This document shows, piece by piece, positions 31,211 through 45,223 of a stretch of 64,000 nucleotides of DNA; position 1 is the stretch's first letter, and every line of letters begins with the position of its first letter. Source of the DNA: an uncultured Actinomycetota bacterium. GTDB taxonomy: Bacteria; Actinomycetota; Actinomycetes; JAHEKZ01. The position numbers and the translations under genes are program-made. Location: assembly GCA_963743915.1 (NCBI GenBank), contig CAVURN010000001.1, positions 576,001 to 640,000 of the forward strand, written 5' to 3'. The notes below the pieces were generated by a model. That model had not been told where the DNA came from. It ran no database searches and worked only from the letters and a program-made list of their open reading frames with translations.

Positions 31211-32109
31211 CCACGCTCGACGACGGCGCGCGGCCGGGCGTCGACGCGCCTCCGCCCGCAGGGCGGACGCTCGGACAGGCCCTGGCCGAGGCCGAACGGC
31301 GTCTCGCCGCCGCTGCCGTCCCGAGTCCTCGCACCGACGCCGAGCTGCTCGCCGGACACCTGCTGGATGTCGGCCGCGGGGGCCTCTGGACCCATCGCGA
31401 CGATCCGGTGCCGCCCGCCTTCGACGACCTCGTCGCCCGACGGGCCGAGCGCATCCCGCTGCAGCACCTCACCGGACGGGCGTACTTCCGCACGGTCACC
31501 CTGGCGGTCGGCCCCGGTGTGTTCTCCCCGCGTCCGGAGACCGAGGTCGTCGTGGGCCATGCTCTCGACGTGCTCGCCGAGCACGGTCCGCAGCCGCTCG
31601 TGGCTGACCTCTGCGCCGGCTCGGGTGCGATCGCGGCGGCGGTCGTCACCGAGGCACCGCACGCCGAGGTGCATGCCGTCGAGCGCGACCCCGGCGCGCA
31701 CCCGTGGCTGAGCCACAACGCAGCGGTGCACGGCTTCACCGCGCACATGCAGGACATCGAGGGGTGTCTGCCTCACCTCGACGGCCTGGTCGACGTGGTG
31801 GTGGCCAACCCCCCGTACATCCCGGTCGACTGTGTCCCGCGTGACCCGGAGGTCGCGAGGTTCGACCCTGCGATGGCGTTGTACTCCGGCACGGACGGGC
31901 TGGACCACATGCGCCTCGTCGAGGAGGCTGCGGCGCGACTGCTGCGACCAGGGGGACACGTTGTGGTGGAGCACGGCGACCTGCAGGGCCGGTCGGCGCC
32001 GGCCGTCTTCGCCGGGACCGGTCGCTGGCGGGACGTCCACGACCACACCGACCTCAACGGACGCGACCGCTACCTGACAGCGCGACGGGCAGCGGCGGAC
32101 GCGTCGTGA
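31207..32109 (+). CDS. prmC: Release factor glutamine N5-methyltransferase
   Basis: [25 protein letters not shown]. Confidence 0.94.
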   Translation: MTTLDDGARPGVDAPPPAGRTLGQALAEAERRLAAAAVPSPRTDAELLAGHLLDVGRGGLWTHRDDPVPPAFDDLVARRAERIPLQHLTGRAYFRTVTLAVGPGVFSPRPETEVVVGHALDVLAEHGPQPLVADLCAGSGAIAAAVVTEAPHAEVHAVERDPGAHPWLSHNAAVHGFTAHMQDIEGCLPHLDGLVDVVVANPPYIPVDCVPRDPEVARFDPAMALYSGTDGLDHMRLVEEAAARLLRPGGHVVVEHGDLQGRSAPAVFAGTGRWRDVHDHTDLNGRDRYLTARRAAADAS

Positions 32110-32795
32110 CCCGCTTCGACTGCCGGCGGGAGGACGAGCGCAAGCGGGGGATCGAGCGCGCCATCGGCGCTGCCGGCCGCCACCAGCTGGTGGTCTTTCC
32201 GACCGAGACCTCGTACGCCGTCGCCTGCGACGCGTTCTCGGCGGTCGCCGTCGAACGGCTCAACACCGCCAAGGGCAGGCTCGGGACCGACGCCCTGCCC
32301 GTGATGGTCGGCTCGGTGAAGGCGGCGCGCGCCCTGGTCGGCGTCCTGCACCCGACGGGTGAGGCGTTGGTCGAGGGGTTCTGGCCCGGGCCGCTGACGG
32401 CGGTGTGCGCGCAGCAGCCCACCTTGCACTGGGACATCGGCGGTGACGGCACCCTGGTGGCCGTTCGCATGCCGCTGCACCCGGTTGCGCTCGAGGTGCT
32501 GCAGGGTGTCGGACCGATGGCGGTCGTCACGGCGAACCGCGTCGGTGAACCCGCCCCGGTCACCTGTGACGAGGCGGAGGAGCAGCTCGACGCGGCGGTG
32601 TCGGTGTATCTCGACGGCGGTGCCCGTCCGGTGGGTGCGGCATCGACGGTGGTCGACCTCACGGAGCGTGAGCCGCGCCTGCTGCGCGGGGGAGCGGTGT
32701 CGGTCGACGAGCTGCGCTCCGTGGCTCCCGACCTCCGGCTGCCCGACGAGCCCGTCGACGAGCGGGAAGCAGCACCGTCTGGTCCCCCGTCATGA
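32106..32795 (+). CDS. tsaC: L-threonylcarbamoyladenylate synthase (Sua5/TsaC)
   Basis: FPTETSY, FWPGPLT, AVRMP, TANR, STVVD; conserved position after prmC. Confidence 0.88.
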   Translation: MTRFDCRREDERKRGIERAIGAAGRHQLVVFPTETSYAVACDAFSAVAVERLNTAKGRLGTDALPVMVGSVKAARALVGVLHPTGEALVEGFWPGPLTAVCAQQPTLHWDIGGDGTLVAVRMPLHPVALEVLQGVGPMAVVTANRVGEPAPVTCDEAEEQLDAAVSVYLDGGARPVGAASTVVDLTEREPRLLRGGAVSVDELRSVAPDLRLPDEPVDEREAAPSGPPS

Positions 32796-33382
32796 GCGGT
32801 GTCATGGGTGCCGGAAGGTTCGGCGTCCTCGCGGTCTGCACGGGGAACATCGGGCGCTCGCCGATGATGGAGCGGCTGCTGCGCCACGACCTGGCGGCGG
32901 CCGGACTCGACCAGCTCGTCGACGTGTCGGGTGCCGGCACCTGGGCGCAGGACGGCGAGCCGATGGAGCCGTACGCCGAGCAGACGCTCCGCGAGCGCGG
33001 CATCGATGCGGACGCCTTTGCGGCACGGCGGCTGCAGGCCCCCCTGGTCACCGGTGCCGGGCTCGTGGTGACCGCGACGCGCGAGCACAGATCCGCAGTC
33101 GTGCAGCTCGTCCCCGCTGCTGTCCGCCGCACGTTCACGCTGCTCGAGCTCGCCCGGATCGTCGATCGGCTCCCACCCCTGCCGGCGGTCCGCGACGCTG
33201 ATCCGCTCATCCGGATGCGCGAGGCGGTCGGCTGGGCCGCCCAGAACCGCGTCCCCCCGACGCACGAGTCCGCTGACGACCTGGACGACCCGTTGGGAGC
33301 GCCGCTGGACACCTACCGGGAGCGTGCCGACGAGATCCAGGTCGCCTGCTCGCGGGTCGTCACCCTGCTCCGTGGCGGCTAG
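32792..33382 (+). CDS. Low molecular weight protein-tyrosine phosphatase family protein
   Basis: VCTGNIGRS P-loop (C-x5-R), DDP general acid loop. Confidence 0.85.
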   Translation: MSGVMGAGRFGVLAVCTGNIGRSPMMERLLRHDLAAAGLDQLVDVSGAGTWAQDGEPMEPYAEQTLRERGIDADAFAARRLQAPLVTGAGLVVTATREHRSAVVQLVPAAVRRTFTLLELARIVDRLPPLPAVRDADPLIRMREAVGWAAQNRVPPTHESADDLDDPLGAPLDTYRERADEIQVACSRVVTLLRGG

Positions 33383-33401
33383 CGCTCCCTCTCGTCCTCG
33401 G

Positions 33402-34703
33402 TCACCTGGTCCAACGCCTCCGTGGCGCCGGCACCGGCTCGGCACGCAGGAGCGGGTCTGTGACGTTCTCGGCCACGACGCGCTTGGCCCTCCTGATCTC
33501 GCCGAGCCGCCCACCGAACGGGCGCCCTGGGGGTGGCTGCAGGGGGGTGGGGCTCGCGAGGTCCTCGGCCAGCGCCCAGCCGCTTCCCAGCCTCAGCAGG
33601 GACGCGTGCTTGGTCCGGTAGTAGTCGCGTGAGATCGGGACGGCAACTCCCCAGGAGCCACCGGCCGCGGCGACCAGGTGCGGATGGAAGCGGGTCGAGA
33701 TCCAGCGCTGGTCCGGGCCGGCGGGCAATCCCCTACGCCACAGCTCGGAGAAGGGCTGGAACTCCAGCTGAGGCAGGTGGGGCTCCAGGAGCGACCGGAC
33801 GGCGGCGTCGTCGGGCGGCAGGCATTCGAGCAACGTCACGGGCTCCTGGTCCACGCCCCACGCACGCAGCGTCCGGACGGTGAACTCGGCGATCTCCTCC
33901 AGCGGGACCTCCAGCAGGTCTGACTGGAGGCAGAGCACGCTCCGTGGTTCCAGGGCCTGGTCGTAGACATGAGCCCCGAGGTCGAGAAACGCGTCGTCCC
34001 CGGAGCAGGTCGCGTGCGCGACCCGCCCACTGATGGCGGCCAAGGACTCCTCGTCGCGGACGTCGACCACGTCGAACCCGGCCAGGAGCTCGCCCAGCGG
34101 ACCGTCACTCCCCTCGACCAGCGGCATCAGCCCGGCGCCGGTCATGGCGGTGCGGGCGCCGAAGCTCTCACCCGCCTCGCGCACGGCACCGAGCAGTGTG
34201 AGGTGGTTCGGCCAGATGCGGTTGAGGTAACCGCCGCCGATGACGTGGGCGAGGTCCGCGCGCGCGAGCTGCTCGACCCCTGTCACCTCGCGCGGCAGCA
34301 GTCCCGGCTCCCGGACGACTCGGCGGCCGTGGTCGATGGTCTGCTGTGGTCCGCCTCGCGGCGCGTTCCAGCAGGCGTGGAACAAGGTGTCCACGCAGCG
34401 CAGGCCAGGGTGGATCCCGCCCAGCAGGATGGCGCTCTGACCGGGCCTGGGCGTGTCGAGCCACACCTCGGCCGTCGGTGCCACCCGGGCGAGGTGACGC
34501 AGCCACCCTGCAGCGATCAGCTCGTCGCCGTAGTTGGGGTGGCCGGCGACCCCGATGAGGTAGATGACGAGCGGCTCGGCGGGACTGGGCTCACCACGAC
34601 GGGGCTCACCACGACGGGGCTCTTGACGGCGGGGCACACGCGACTCCGAAGGTCTGGGACCCGGCGAGTGTATGCGCGCCGACGTCGACCGCCGGGCGGT
34701 CAT
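33402..34703 (-). CDS. Polysaccharide pyruvyl transferase family protein
   Basis: GHPNYGD, GGGYLN, VRDEES, STRFH motifs. Confidence 0.78.
   Translation of the reverse strand: MTARRSTSARIHSPGPRPSESRVPRRQEPRRGEPRRGEPSPAEPLVIYLIGVAGHPNYGDELIAAGWLRHLARVAPTAEVWLDTPRPGQSAILLGGIHPGLRCVDTLFHACWNAPRGGPQQTIDHGRRVVREPGLLPREVTGVEQLARADLAHVIGGGYLNRIWPNHLTLLGAVREAGESFGARTAMTGAGLMPLVEGSDGPLGELLAGFDVVDVRDEESLAAISGRVAHATCSGDDAFLDLGAHVYDQALEPRSVLCLQSDLLEVPLEEIAEFTVRTLRAWGVDQEPVTLLECLPPDDAAVRSLLEPHLPQLEFQPFSELWRRGLPAGPDQRWISTRFHPHLVAAAGGSWGVAVPISRDYYRTKHASLLRLGSGWALAEDLASPTPLQPPPGRPFGGRLGEIRRAKRVVAENVTDPLLRAEPVPAPRRRWTR
34587..34631. repeat. 15-bp tandem repeat (2 exact + 1 degenerate) encoding EPRRG/RQEP units
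   Basis: GGGCTCACCACGACG x2 then GGGCTCTTGACGGCG. Confidence 0.7.
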
Positions 34704-34808
34704 GGCCGGGCGGCGGCCGCAGCCGGCTCCGTGGAACGGTGCGCTGCCGGAGGGCTGTGCCGCTGGCTAGAGTGTCGCCACCGACGCCTGAGCAGGCAGG
34801 AGCTGCAC

Positions 34809-36098
34809 ATGACCTCGACGCCGTACTGGGGACCCGACTTCTCCGCACTGCAGCAGAGCGACCCGGAGATCGCGGGCGTCCTGCTCGACGAGCTCAACCG
34901 GCTCCGTGGGGGCCTGCAGCTGATCGCCAGCGAGAACTTCACCTCGCCGGCGGTGCTGGCCGCCACCGGCTCGACCCTGTCCAACAAGTACGCCGAGGGG
35001 TACCCGCACAAGCGGTACTACGGCGGTTGCGCCGATGTCGACGTCGCCGAGGACATCGGCATCGCCCGCGCCAAGGAGCTCTTCGGCGCCGATCACGCCA
35101 ACTTGCAGCCGCACTCGGGGGCGTCCGCGAACCTCGCGGTGTATGCGGCCCTGCTCAAGCCCGGTGACACCGTGCTGGCCATGGACCTCAAGCACGGCGG
35201 CCACCTGACCCACGGTTCGCCGGTGAACTTCTCCGGTCAGTGGTTCACCAACGTGTCGTACGGCGTCTCGGCCGATACCGAGCTCATCGACTACGACCAC
35301 GTGCGCGACCAGGCACGCGAGCACCGTCCCAAGATGATCATCGCTGGGGCGACCGCGTACTCGCGGCTCATCGACTTCGCCACCTTCCGCGAGATCGCGG
35401 ACGAGGTGGGCGCCTACCTGATGGTGGACGCCGCGCACTTCATCGGGCTGGTGGCCGGCAAGGCCATCCCGTCGCCGGTGCCCTATGCCGACGTGGTGTC
35501 GTTCACGACGCACAAGGTGCTCCGCGGGCCCCGCGGAGGCATGATCCTGTGCCGCGACGAGCTCGCCACCAAGATCGACAAGGCGGTCTTCCCCTTCCTG
35601 CAGGGCGGCCCCCTGATGCACGTCGTCGCGGCCAAGGCCGTGGCGCTGAAGGAGGCCGCGCAACCCGCCTACCAGCAGTACGCCCAGCAGGTGATCGCCA
35701 ACGCCCAGGCGCTCTCGGCCGGGCTCGAGAAGGACGGCATGCGCACCGTGTCCGGGGGAACCGACACCCATCTCGCGCTCATCGACCTCCGAGGTGTCGG
35801 GGTGACCGGCCGCGACGCCGAGGTGCGCTGCGACGCCGCCAAGATCACCCTCAACAAGAACGCGATTCCCTTCGACCCGGCCAAGCCGATGATCGGTTCG
35901 GGGGTGCGCGTCGGCACACCGTCGGTCACCACGCAGGGCATGGGCGAGGCGGAGATGGGCGAGGTGGCGACGCTGATCGGCCGCGCGGTCCGCGCTGACG
36001 TCGAGACCGAGGCCGGGCGCGCCGAGGCACGGGAGGTCGCCGAGTCGGTCTCCGCCCTGGTGTCGAAGTTCCCCGCCTACCCCGACCCGACCCACTAG
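34809..36098 (+). CDS. glyA: Serine hydroxymethyltransferase
   Basis: LIASENF, NKYAEGYP, HGGHLTHG, TTHKVLRGPRGG, GGTDTH. Confidence 0.97.
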   Translation: MTSTPYWGPDFSALQQSDPEIAGVLLDELNRLRGGLQLIASENFTSPAVLAATGSTLSNKYAEGYPHKRYYGGCADVDVAEDIGIARAKELFGADHANLQPHSGASANLAVYAALLKPGDTVLAMDLKHGGHLTHGSPVNFSGQWFTNVSYGVSADTELIDYDHVRDQAREHRPKMIIAGATAYSRLIDFATFREIADEVGAYLMVDAAHFIGLVAGKAIPSPVPYADVVSFTTHKVLRGPRGGMILCRDELATKIDKAVFPFLQGGPLMHVVAAKAVALKEAAQPAYQQYAQQVIANAQALSAGLEKDGMRTVSGGTDTHLALIDLRGVGVTGRDAEVRCDAAKITLNKNAIPFDPAKPMIGSGVRVGTPSVTTQGMGEAEMGEVATLIGRAVRADVETEAGRAEAREVAESVSALVSKFPAYPDPTH

Positions 36099-36115
36099 CC
36101 GGTCGGGGAGCGCCG

Positions 36116-37198
36116 GTGCGCGCCTATCTGTTGGTCCTGCTCGCCTCGGCGGCGATCACGTACCTCACCGTTCCGGTCGTGCGGTGGTACGCGGTGCGGT
36201 GGAAGGTCATGGCCGAGATCCGCGACCGCGACGTGCACGACACCCCGATCCCGCGGCTCGGTGGCGTGGCCATGTACCTCGGTTTCCTGGGCGGGATGCT
36301 CGTGGCCAGCCAGCTCGGGTTCGTGTCCGTGGTCTTCACCGAGTCGCGGGACGCCTGGGCGGTCATCACCGGGGGCACGCTGATCTTCCTGGTCGGGGTG
36401 GTCGACGACATCTGGGGCCTGGACGCCCTCACCAAGGCAGCCGGCCAGATCATCGCGGCGGGCGTGATGGTGCTCCAGGGCGTCCAGCTGCTCTGGCTGC
36501 CCTTCAACGGGGTCACCGTGCTGGACTACAACACCAGCGTCGTGCTGACCGTCCTGCTGATCGTCGTCACGGTCAACGCGATCAACTTCGTCGACGGCCT
36601 CGACGGCCTGGCTGCCGGCATCATCGGGATCGGCTCCCTCGCCTTCTTCGCCTTCGCCTACCTGCTGTCGTTCGACCGGGGGATCGACCGGGCCACGACC
36701 GCAGCCCTGGTCTCCTGCGTGCTGGCCGGAATCTGTGCCGGCTTCCTGCCGCACAACTTCAACCCCGCGCGCATCTTCATGGGCGACTCCGGGTCGATGC
36801 TGGCCGGACTGCTGCTCTCAGCCTCGGTGATCACGCTCACCGGCAAGATCGACCCGTACTCCGTCGACGCCTCGCTGCTCCCGGCGCTGATGCCGCTCGT
36901 CCTGCCGTTCGCCGTGCTGGCCGTCCCTCTGATCGACCTCCTGCTGGCGGTGGTGCGGCGCACGCGCGCAGGTCGCTCCCCGTTCGCGCCGGACAAGCAG
37001 CACCTGCACCACCGGCTGCTGGAGATCGGCCACTCGCAGCGCCAGGCGGTGCTCGTCATGTACCTGTGGGCAGGAGCGCTGGCGCTCGGCGCCGCGGTGG
37101 CCGCCCACGTCAACGTCCGCGCCGGGCTGGTCACCGCGGGGGTGATGGCCGCACTCGCGGTGCTGGCCACGCGCAACCCGCGCAAGGCCTCGGCATGA
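36116..37198 (+). CDS. wecA: Undecaprenyl/decaprenyl-phosphate alpha-N-acetylglucosaminyl 1-phosphate transferase (WecA/Rfe/TagO)
   Basis: PRLGG, VVDD, NFVDGLDGL, FMGDSG, DKQHLHH. Confidence 0.9.
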   Translation: MRAYLLVLLASAAITYLTVPVVRWYAVRWKVMAEIRDRDVHDTPIPRLGGVAMYLGFLGGMLVASQLGFVSVVFTESRDAWAVITGGTLIFLVGVVDDIWGLDALTKAAGQIIAAGVMVLQGVQLLWLPFNGVTVLDYNTSVVLTVLLIVVTVNAINFVDGLDGLAAGIIGIGSLAFFAFAYLLSFDRGIDRATTAALVSCVLAGICAGFLPHNFNPARIFMGDSGSMLAGLLLSASVITLTGKIDPYSVDASLLPALMPLVLPFAVLAVPLIDLLLAVVRRTRAGRSPFAPDKQHLHHRLLEIGHSQRQAVLVMYLWAGALALGAAVAAHVNVRAGLVTAGVMAALAVLATRNPRKASA

Positions 37199-37663
37199 CG
37201 CCTCGCACGGGGCTCCCGTCGTATCCGCGTCGCTCCCGTGAGCTGCCCGGGCTCTACTTCCGGTGGGCTGCGCTCCCGACCGTGGTCGCCACGGGGGTCG
37301 CGGCGGTCGCGGCGCTGCTCGCCCAGGGCGGGTGCGGAGGCCCTGGGGATCGTCGTCGGAGGACTGGTGGTGCTGATCTTCTTCGGCATCGACCTGCTGG
37401 CCATGCGGGTCAGCGCCGGGTGGGAGCCGACCTCGACGTTCCTGCTGGTCATGGTGGAGTACCTGGCCAAGATCATCGCGCTGGCGGTGCTCTTCGCCGC
37501 CGTGCGCGGGCAGGACGCCCTGCCCGGCCGGTCGGTCGGCATCGGCATCGGCGTCGCGGCGACGGTCTTCCTCGCCGCTCTGGTGGCGGCCTACCTGAAG
37601 ATCCCCACCTTCGTGGTCGAACCGGACGAGGAAGGGCCCGGTGGAGGGGGTGCGGCGGGGTGA
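37195..37663 (+). CDS. ATP synthase protein I-like membrane protein (frameshift near 37330)
   Basis: 4-TM hydrophobic protein with YLAKI motif at the usual position upstream of atpB. Confidence 0.65.
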
Positions 37664-37736
37664 TCAGAGTCACCCCGCGACCCCCCGACCTCGATTGGTA
37701 CCGGCGATCGAACCGGCTGCTAGGGTCCGGGAACCG

Positions 37737-38006
37737 ATGGGTCAGGACGAACGTCCGCATCAGTCGCGGCACAGCTCCGCGGACGACGCAGGCGCCTGGG
37801 ACATCGTCGCCTACTTGCTCTCCGGGATGTTGCTCTGGGGTGGCGCCGGGTGGCTGCTCGACCGCTGGCTGGGCCTCGAGGTCTTCCTGCCGGTCGGGCT
37901 GCTGGTCGGCACCGGGCTGGCGCTCTTCATCGTGTACCTGCGATACGGGCGCGCCCCCGACCCACCCGACGCTCAGCCCGGGGGACCCGACGGCTCGAGC
38001 CGCTGA
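37737..38006 (+). CDS. AtpZ/AtpI family protein
   Basis: YLLSGMLLWGGAGWLLDRWL motif. Confidence 0.8.
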   Translation: MGQDERPHQSRHSSADDAGAWDIVAYLLSGMLLWGGAGWLLDRWLGLEVFLPVGLLVGTGLALFIVYLRYGRAPDPPDAQPGGPDGSSR

Positions 38007-38018
38007 GAGGAGTCTTCG

Positions 38019-38813
38019 TTGAGCCTGATGGTGCTCGCCGAAGAAGGAGAGGGGTACTCCCCTCCCGGGGCTGAAGACTTCAAGCTCCCTGCCGTCTTCG
38101 ACATCGGCTCGGTGGAGATCACCAAGCCGTACCTGATGGCCATGCTCTCGATGCTGGTCCTGGTGGCCTTCTTCTACTTCGCCTCACGCAAGGCTGCACT
38201 GGTGCCCAGCCGGCTGCAGTTCGCCGGCGAGGGCATCTACGGCTTCGTCCGGCGTGACCTGGGCCGCGACATCCTGGGCAGCGAGAGCTTCCTGAAGTTC
38301 CTGCCGCTGATCTTCTCGCTCTTCATCTTCGTGGCCCTGAACAACGTCTTCGGGATCGTCCCGTTGATCCAGTTCCCGACCATGTCGCTCATCGGGTTCC
38401 CGATCGCGCTCACCCTCATCGTCTGGGTCACGTACCTCTTCGTCGGCATCCGCAAGAAGGGGCCGATCGGCTACTTCAAGCAGGAGATGTTCCCTCCCGG
38501 CGTCCCGTGGTGGGTCTACTTCGTGCTCTCCCCGATCGAGCTGGCCAAGGTCGTGCTCGTGCAGCCGCTGACCATGGCGCTGCGGCTCTTCGCCAACATG
38601 TTCGCCGGCCACCTGCTCCTCCTGGTGTTCATCCTCGGCGGCGAGTACATGCTGCTCCACGGTGAAGGGCTCGTGCCGGTGCTCTCGATCGGTGCCTTCG
38701 CCATGGGCATCGTCATGACGTTCTTCGAGCTGCTGGTGCAGCTCCTGCAGGCCTATGTCTTCGCACTACTCACGGCGCTGTACCTCGCAGCGTCGCTGAG
38801 CGAGGAGCACTAG
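38019..38813 (+). CDS. atpB: F0F1 ATP synthase subunit a
   Basis: PIE, LRLFANMFAGH, LQAYVF. Confidence 0.96.
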   Translation: MSLMVLAEEGEGYSPPGAEDFKLPAVFDIGSVEITKPYLMAMLSMLVLVAFFYFASRKAALVPSRLQFAGEGIYGFVRRDLGRDILGSESFLKFLPLIFSLFIFVALNNVFGIVPLIQFPTMSLIGFPIALTLIVWVTYLFVGIRKKGPIGYFKQEMFPPGVPWWVYFVLSPIELAKVVLVQPLTMALRLFANMFAGHLLLLVFILGGEYMLLHGEGLVPVLSIGAFAMGIVMTFFELLVQLLQAYVFALLTALYLAASLSEEH

Positions 38814-38855
38814 TCGGACGGCGCACCCCGCGCTCGCCATCGAAAGGAACAGGTA

Positions 38856-39059
38856 ATGGAAGGCACGCTCAACGCGGTCGGCTACGGCCTCGCCGCGATC
38901 GGCCCCGGTATCGGCGTCGGTCTCATCTTCGCTGCATACATCCAGGGTGTCGCTCGCCAGCCCGAGGCTCGCTCGGTCCTCCAGCCGATCGCCTTCCTGG
39001 GCTTCGCCCTCGCCGAGGCGCTGGCCCTGTTCGGTCTGGTTCTCGCGTTCGTCCTCTGA
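38856..39059 (+). CDS. atpE: F0F1 ATP synthase subunit c
   Basis: [19 protein letters not shown]. Confidence 0.96.
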   Translation: MEGTLNAVGYGLAAIGPGIGVGLIFAAYIQGVARQPEARSVLQPIAFLGFALAEALALFGLVLAFVL

Positions 39060-39080
39060 TCGACTCGCCCGAACGGATAG

Positions 39081-39652
<572 letters not shown>

Positions 39653-39653
<1 letters not shown>

Positions 39654-40561
39654 TGCAGGGAGCCAGCCGCGAGTCGCTGTCCTCCGCCTCCGAGCGGCTG
39701 GACACGCTTCTCGCATCCCCGGCCACCGAGGCCGGTGACGTCGCGGAGCGGGCTACCCACTGGGTCGGTCGGTTCCTGCCGTCCCTGGCCCAGCGGGTCG
39801 AGTCGGTGCTGCCCGTGGCCGGTCCGCTCGGTGTCGGCGACGCACTCTTCTCGGTGGCGGCGCTGCTCGACGAGCAGCCGTCGTTGCGCGCCGCTCTCAC
39901 CGACCCGGCGCGCAGCGGTGAGGACAAGGCCGCCCTTGCGGCGTCCCTGCTGAGCGGCAAGGTCGCGGAACAGGTGGTCGACCTCGTCTCCGGGATGGTG
40001 CGGTCGCGCTGGTCGACGCCGCGCGACCTGGCCGAGGGAACCGCACGGCTCGGCGTCGAGGCCGTACTGGTCTCGGCGCAGCGGCACGACCGGCTCGACG
40101 AGGTGCAGGACGAGCTCTTCCGGTTCGCCCGTACGGTGGCGTCGCAGCCGGAGCTGCGTCTGGCGCTCACCGACCGGGGCCTGCCCGTCGAGCGCAAGTC
40201 GGACCTGCTCACCGAGCTGCTCAAGGAGAAGACCACCGTCGAGGCGGCTCGCCTGATCGTCCATGCGGTCACCGAGCCACGCGGGCACTCCCTGGAGTCC
40301 AACCTCGAGGCACTGGCCGACGCTGCCGCCGCCCGCCGACAGCGTCAGGTGGCCACGGTCGCCGCCGCGGTGCCGCTGACCGAGCACCAGCGTGACCGGC
40401 TCGCCGCAGCACTGTCGGCGCAGCTCGGCCACGACGTCCAGCTCAACGTGGTGATCGACCCCGACGTCGTCGGCGGGCTGCGTGTCAGCCTCGGCGACGA
40501 GGTGATCGACGGCACGTTGGCCACCCGACTTGACGACGCGCAGCGGCGCATCGCCGACTAG
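39653..40561 (+). CDS. atpH: F0F1 ATP synthase subunit delta (long actinobacterial type)
   Basis: [25 protein letters not shown]-like DELFRF, DPDVVGG, EVIDGT. Confidence 0.92.
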
Positions 40562-40610
40562 TTCGACCAACAGCGGGCAGCCGCCCGCGCAGAACCGAGG
40601 AGAGCAGGAC

Positions 40611-42245
<1,635 letters not shown>

Positions 42246-42278
42246 CGGTGCTCTCAACCGGGGTAGAGGTCATCTGAC

Positions 42279-44656
<2,378 letters not shown>

Positions 44657-44688
44657 CGGCGGCCCGAGCCCGAAGGAGAGAACCTCAA

Positions 44689-45078
44689 GTGGCACTTGCA
44701 GTCCAGCTGGTGGCGGCCGACCGCTCGGTGTGGTCGGGCGAGGCCACGATCGTCATCGCCCGCACCGTCGACGGCGATCTCGGCGTGCTGCCGGGCCACG
44801 AGCCGATGCTGGCCGAGCTGGCCAGCGGCGTCGTGCTCGTGCGGACGACCGACGGCGAGGTCGTCGCCGCGGCCGTCCACGGCGGGTTCATCTCCGTCGA
44901 GAACGACACGGTGTCCCTGCTCGCCGAGGTCGCTGAGCTCGCCCACGAGATCGACGTCGAGCGGGCGCGGGCCGCGCTCGAGCGAGCGGCGAACGGGGGG
45001 ACAGCCGACGAGGAGTCACTGGTCGAGGCCCAGAAGCGGGCCGAGACCCGGCTGCGTGCCGCCGAGGCCCGCATCTGA
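44689..45078 (+). CDS. atpC: F0F1 ATP synthase subunit epsilon
   Basis: GDLGVLPGH, VHGGF, IDVERA. Confidence 0.94.
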   Translation: MALAVQLVAADRSVWSGEATIVIARTVDGDLGVLPGHEPMLAELASGVVLVRTTDGEVVAAAVHGGFISVENDTVSLLAEVAELAHEIDVERARAALERAANGGTADEESLVEAQKRAETRLRAAEARI

Positions 45079-45096
45079 CGCAGTGCGGCTGCACGG

Positions 45097-45154
45097 CACA
45101 CCTTTGGGGTAGCTCACCTGGGCCATGACCCGGACTGGTTTCCCCAAAGGTGTG
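45097..45154. repeat. 58-nt palindromic element after atp operon (terminator or REP-like)
   Basis: Perfect 13-bp arms CACACCTTTGGGG / CCCCAAAGGTGTG with inner CTGGG/CCCGG stem. Confidence 0.7.
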
Positions 45155-45223
45155 TGGAACAGGGTGTTTCGCTTCCCGACGGCCCCCTCGCCAGGGTGCG
45201 CGCGGCTTGGCTAGCATCCGGTC

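Noticed and set aside
34587-34631. Short tandem repeat as possible CRISPR
   Set aside because: 15-bp units with no spacers, inside a coding region; no cas genes
33969-34808. N-terminally extended 709-aa GlyA (also extended MurA 46400, PrfA 29753, PrmC 30544, PduO 47776)
   Set aside because: Extensions overlap other real genes; true starts have an RBS or leaderless -10 and match family N-termini
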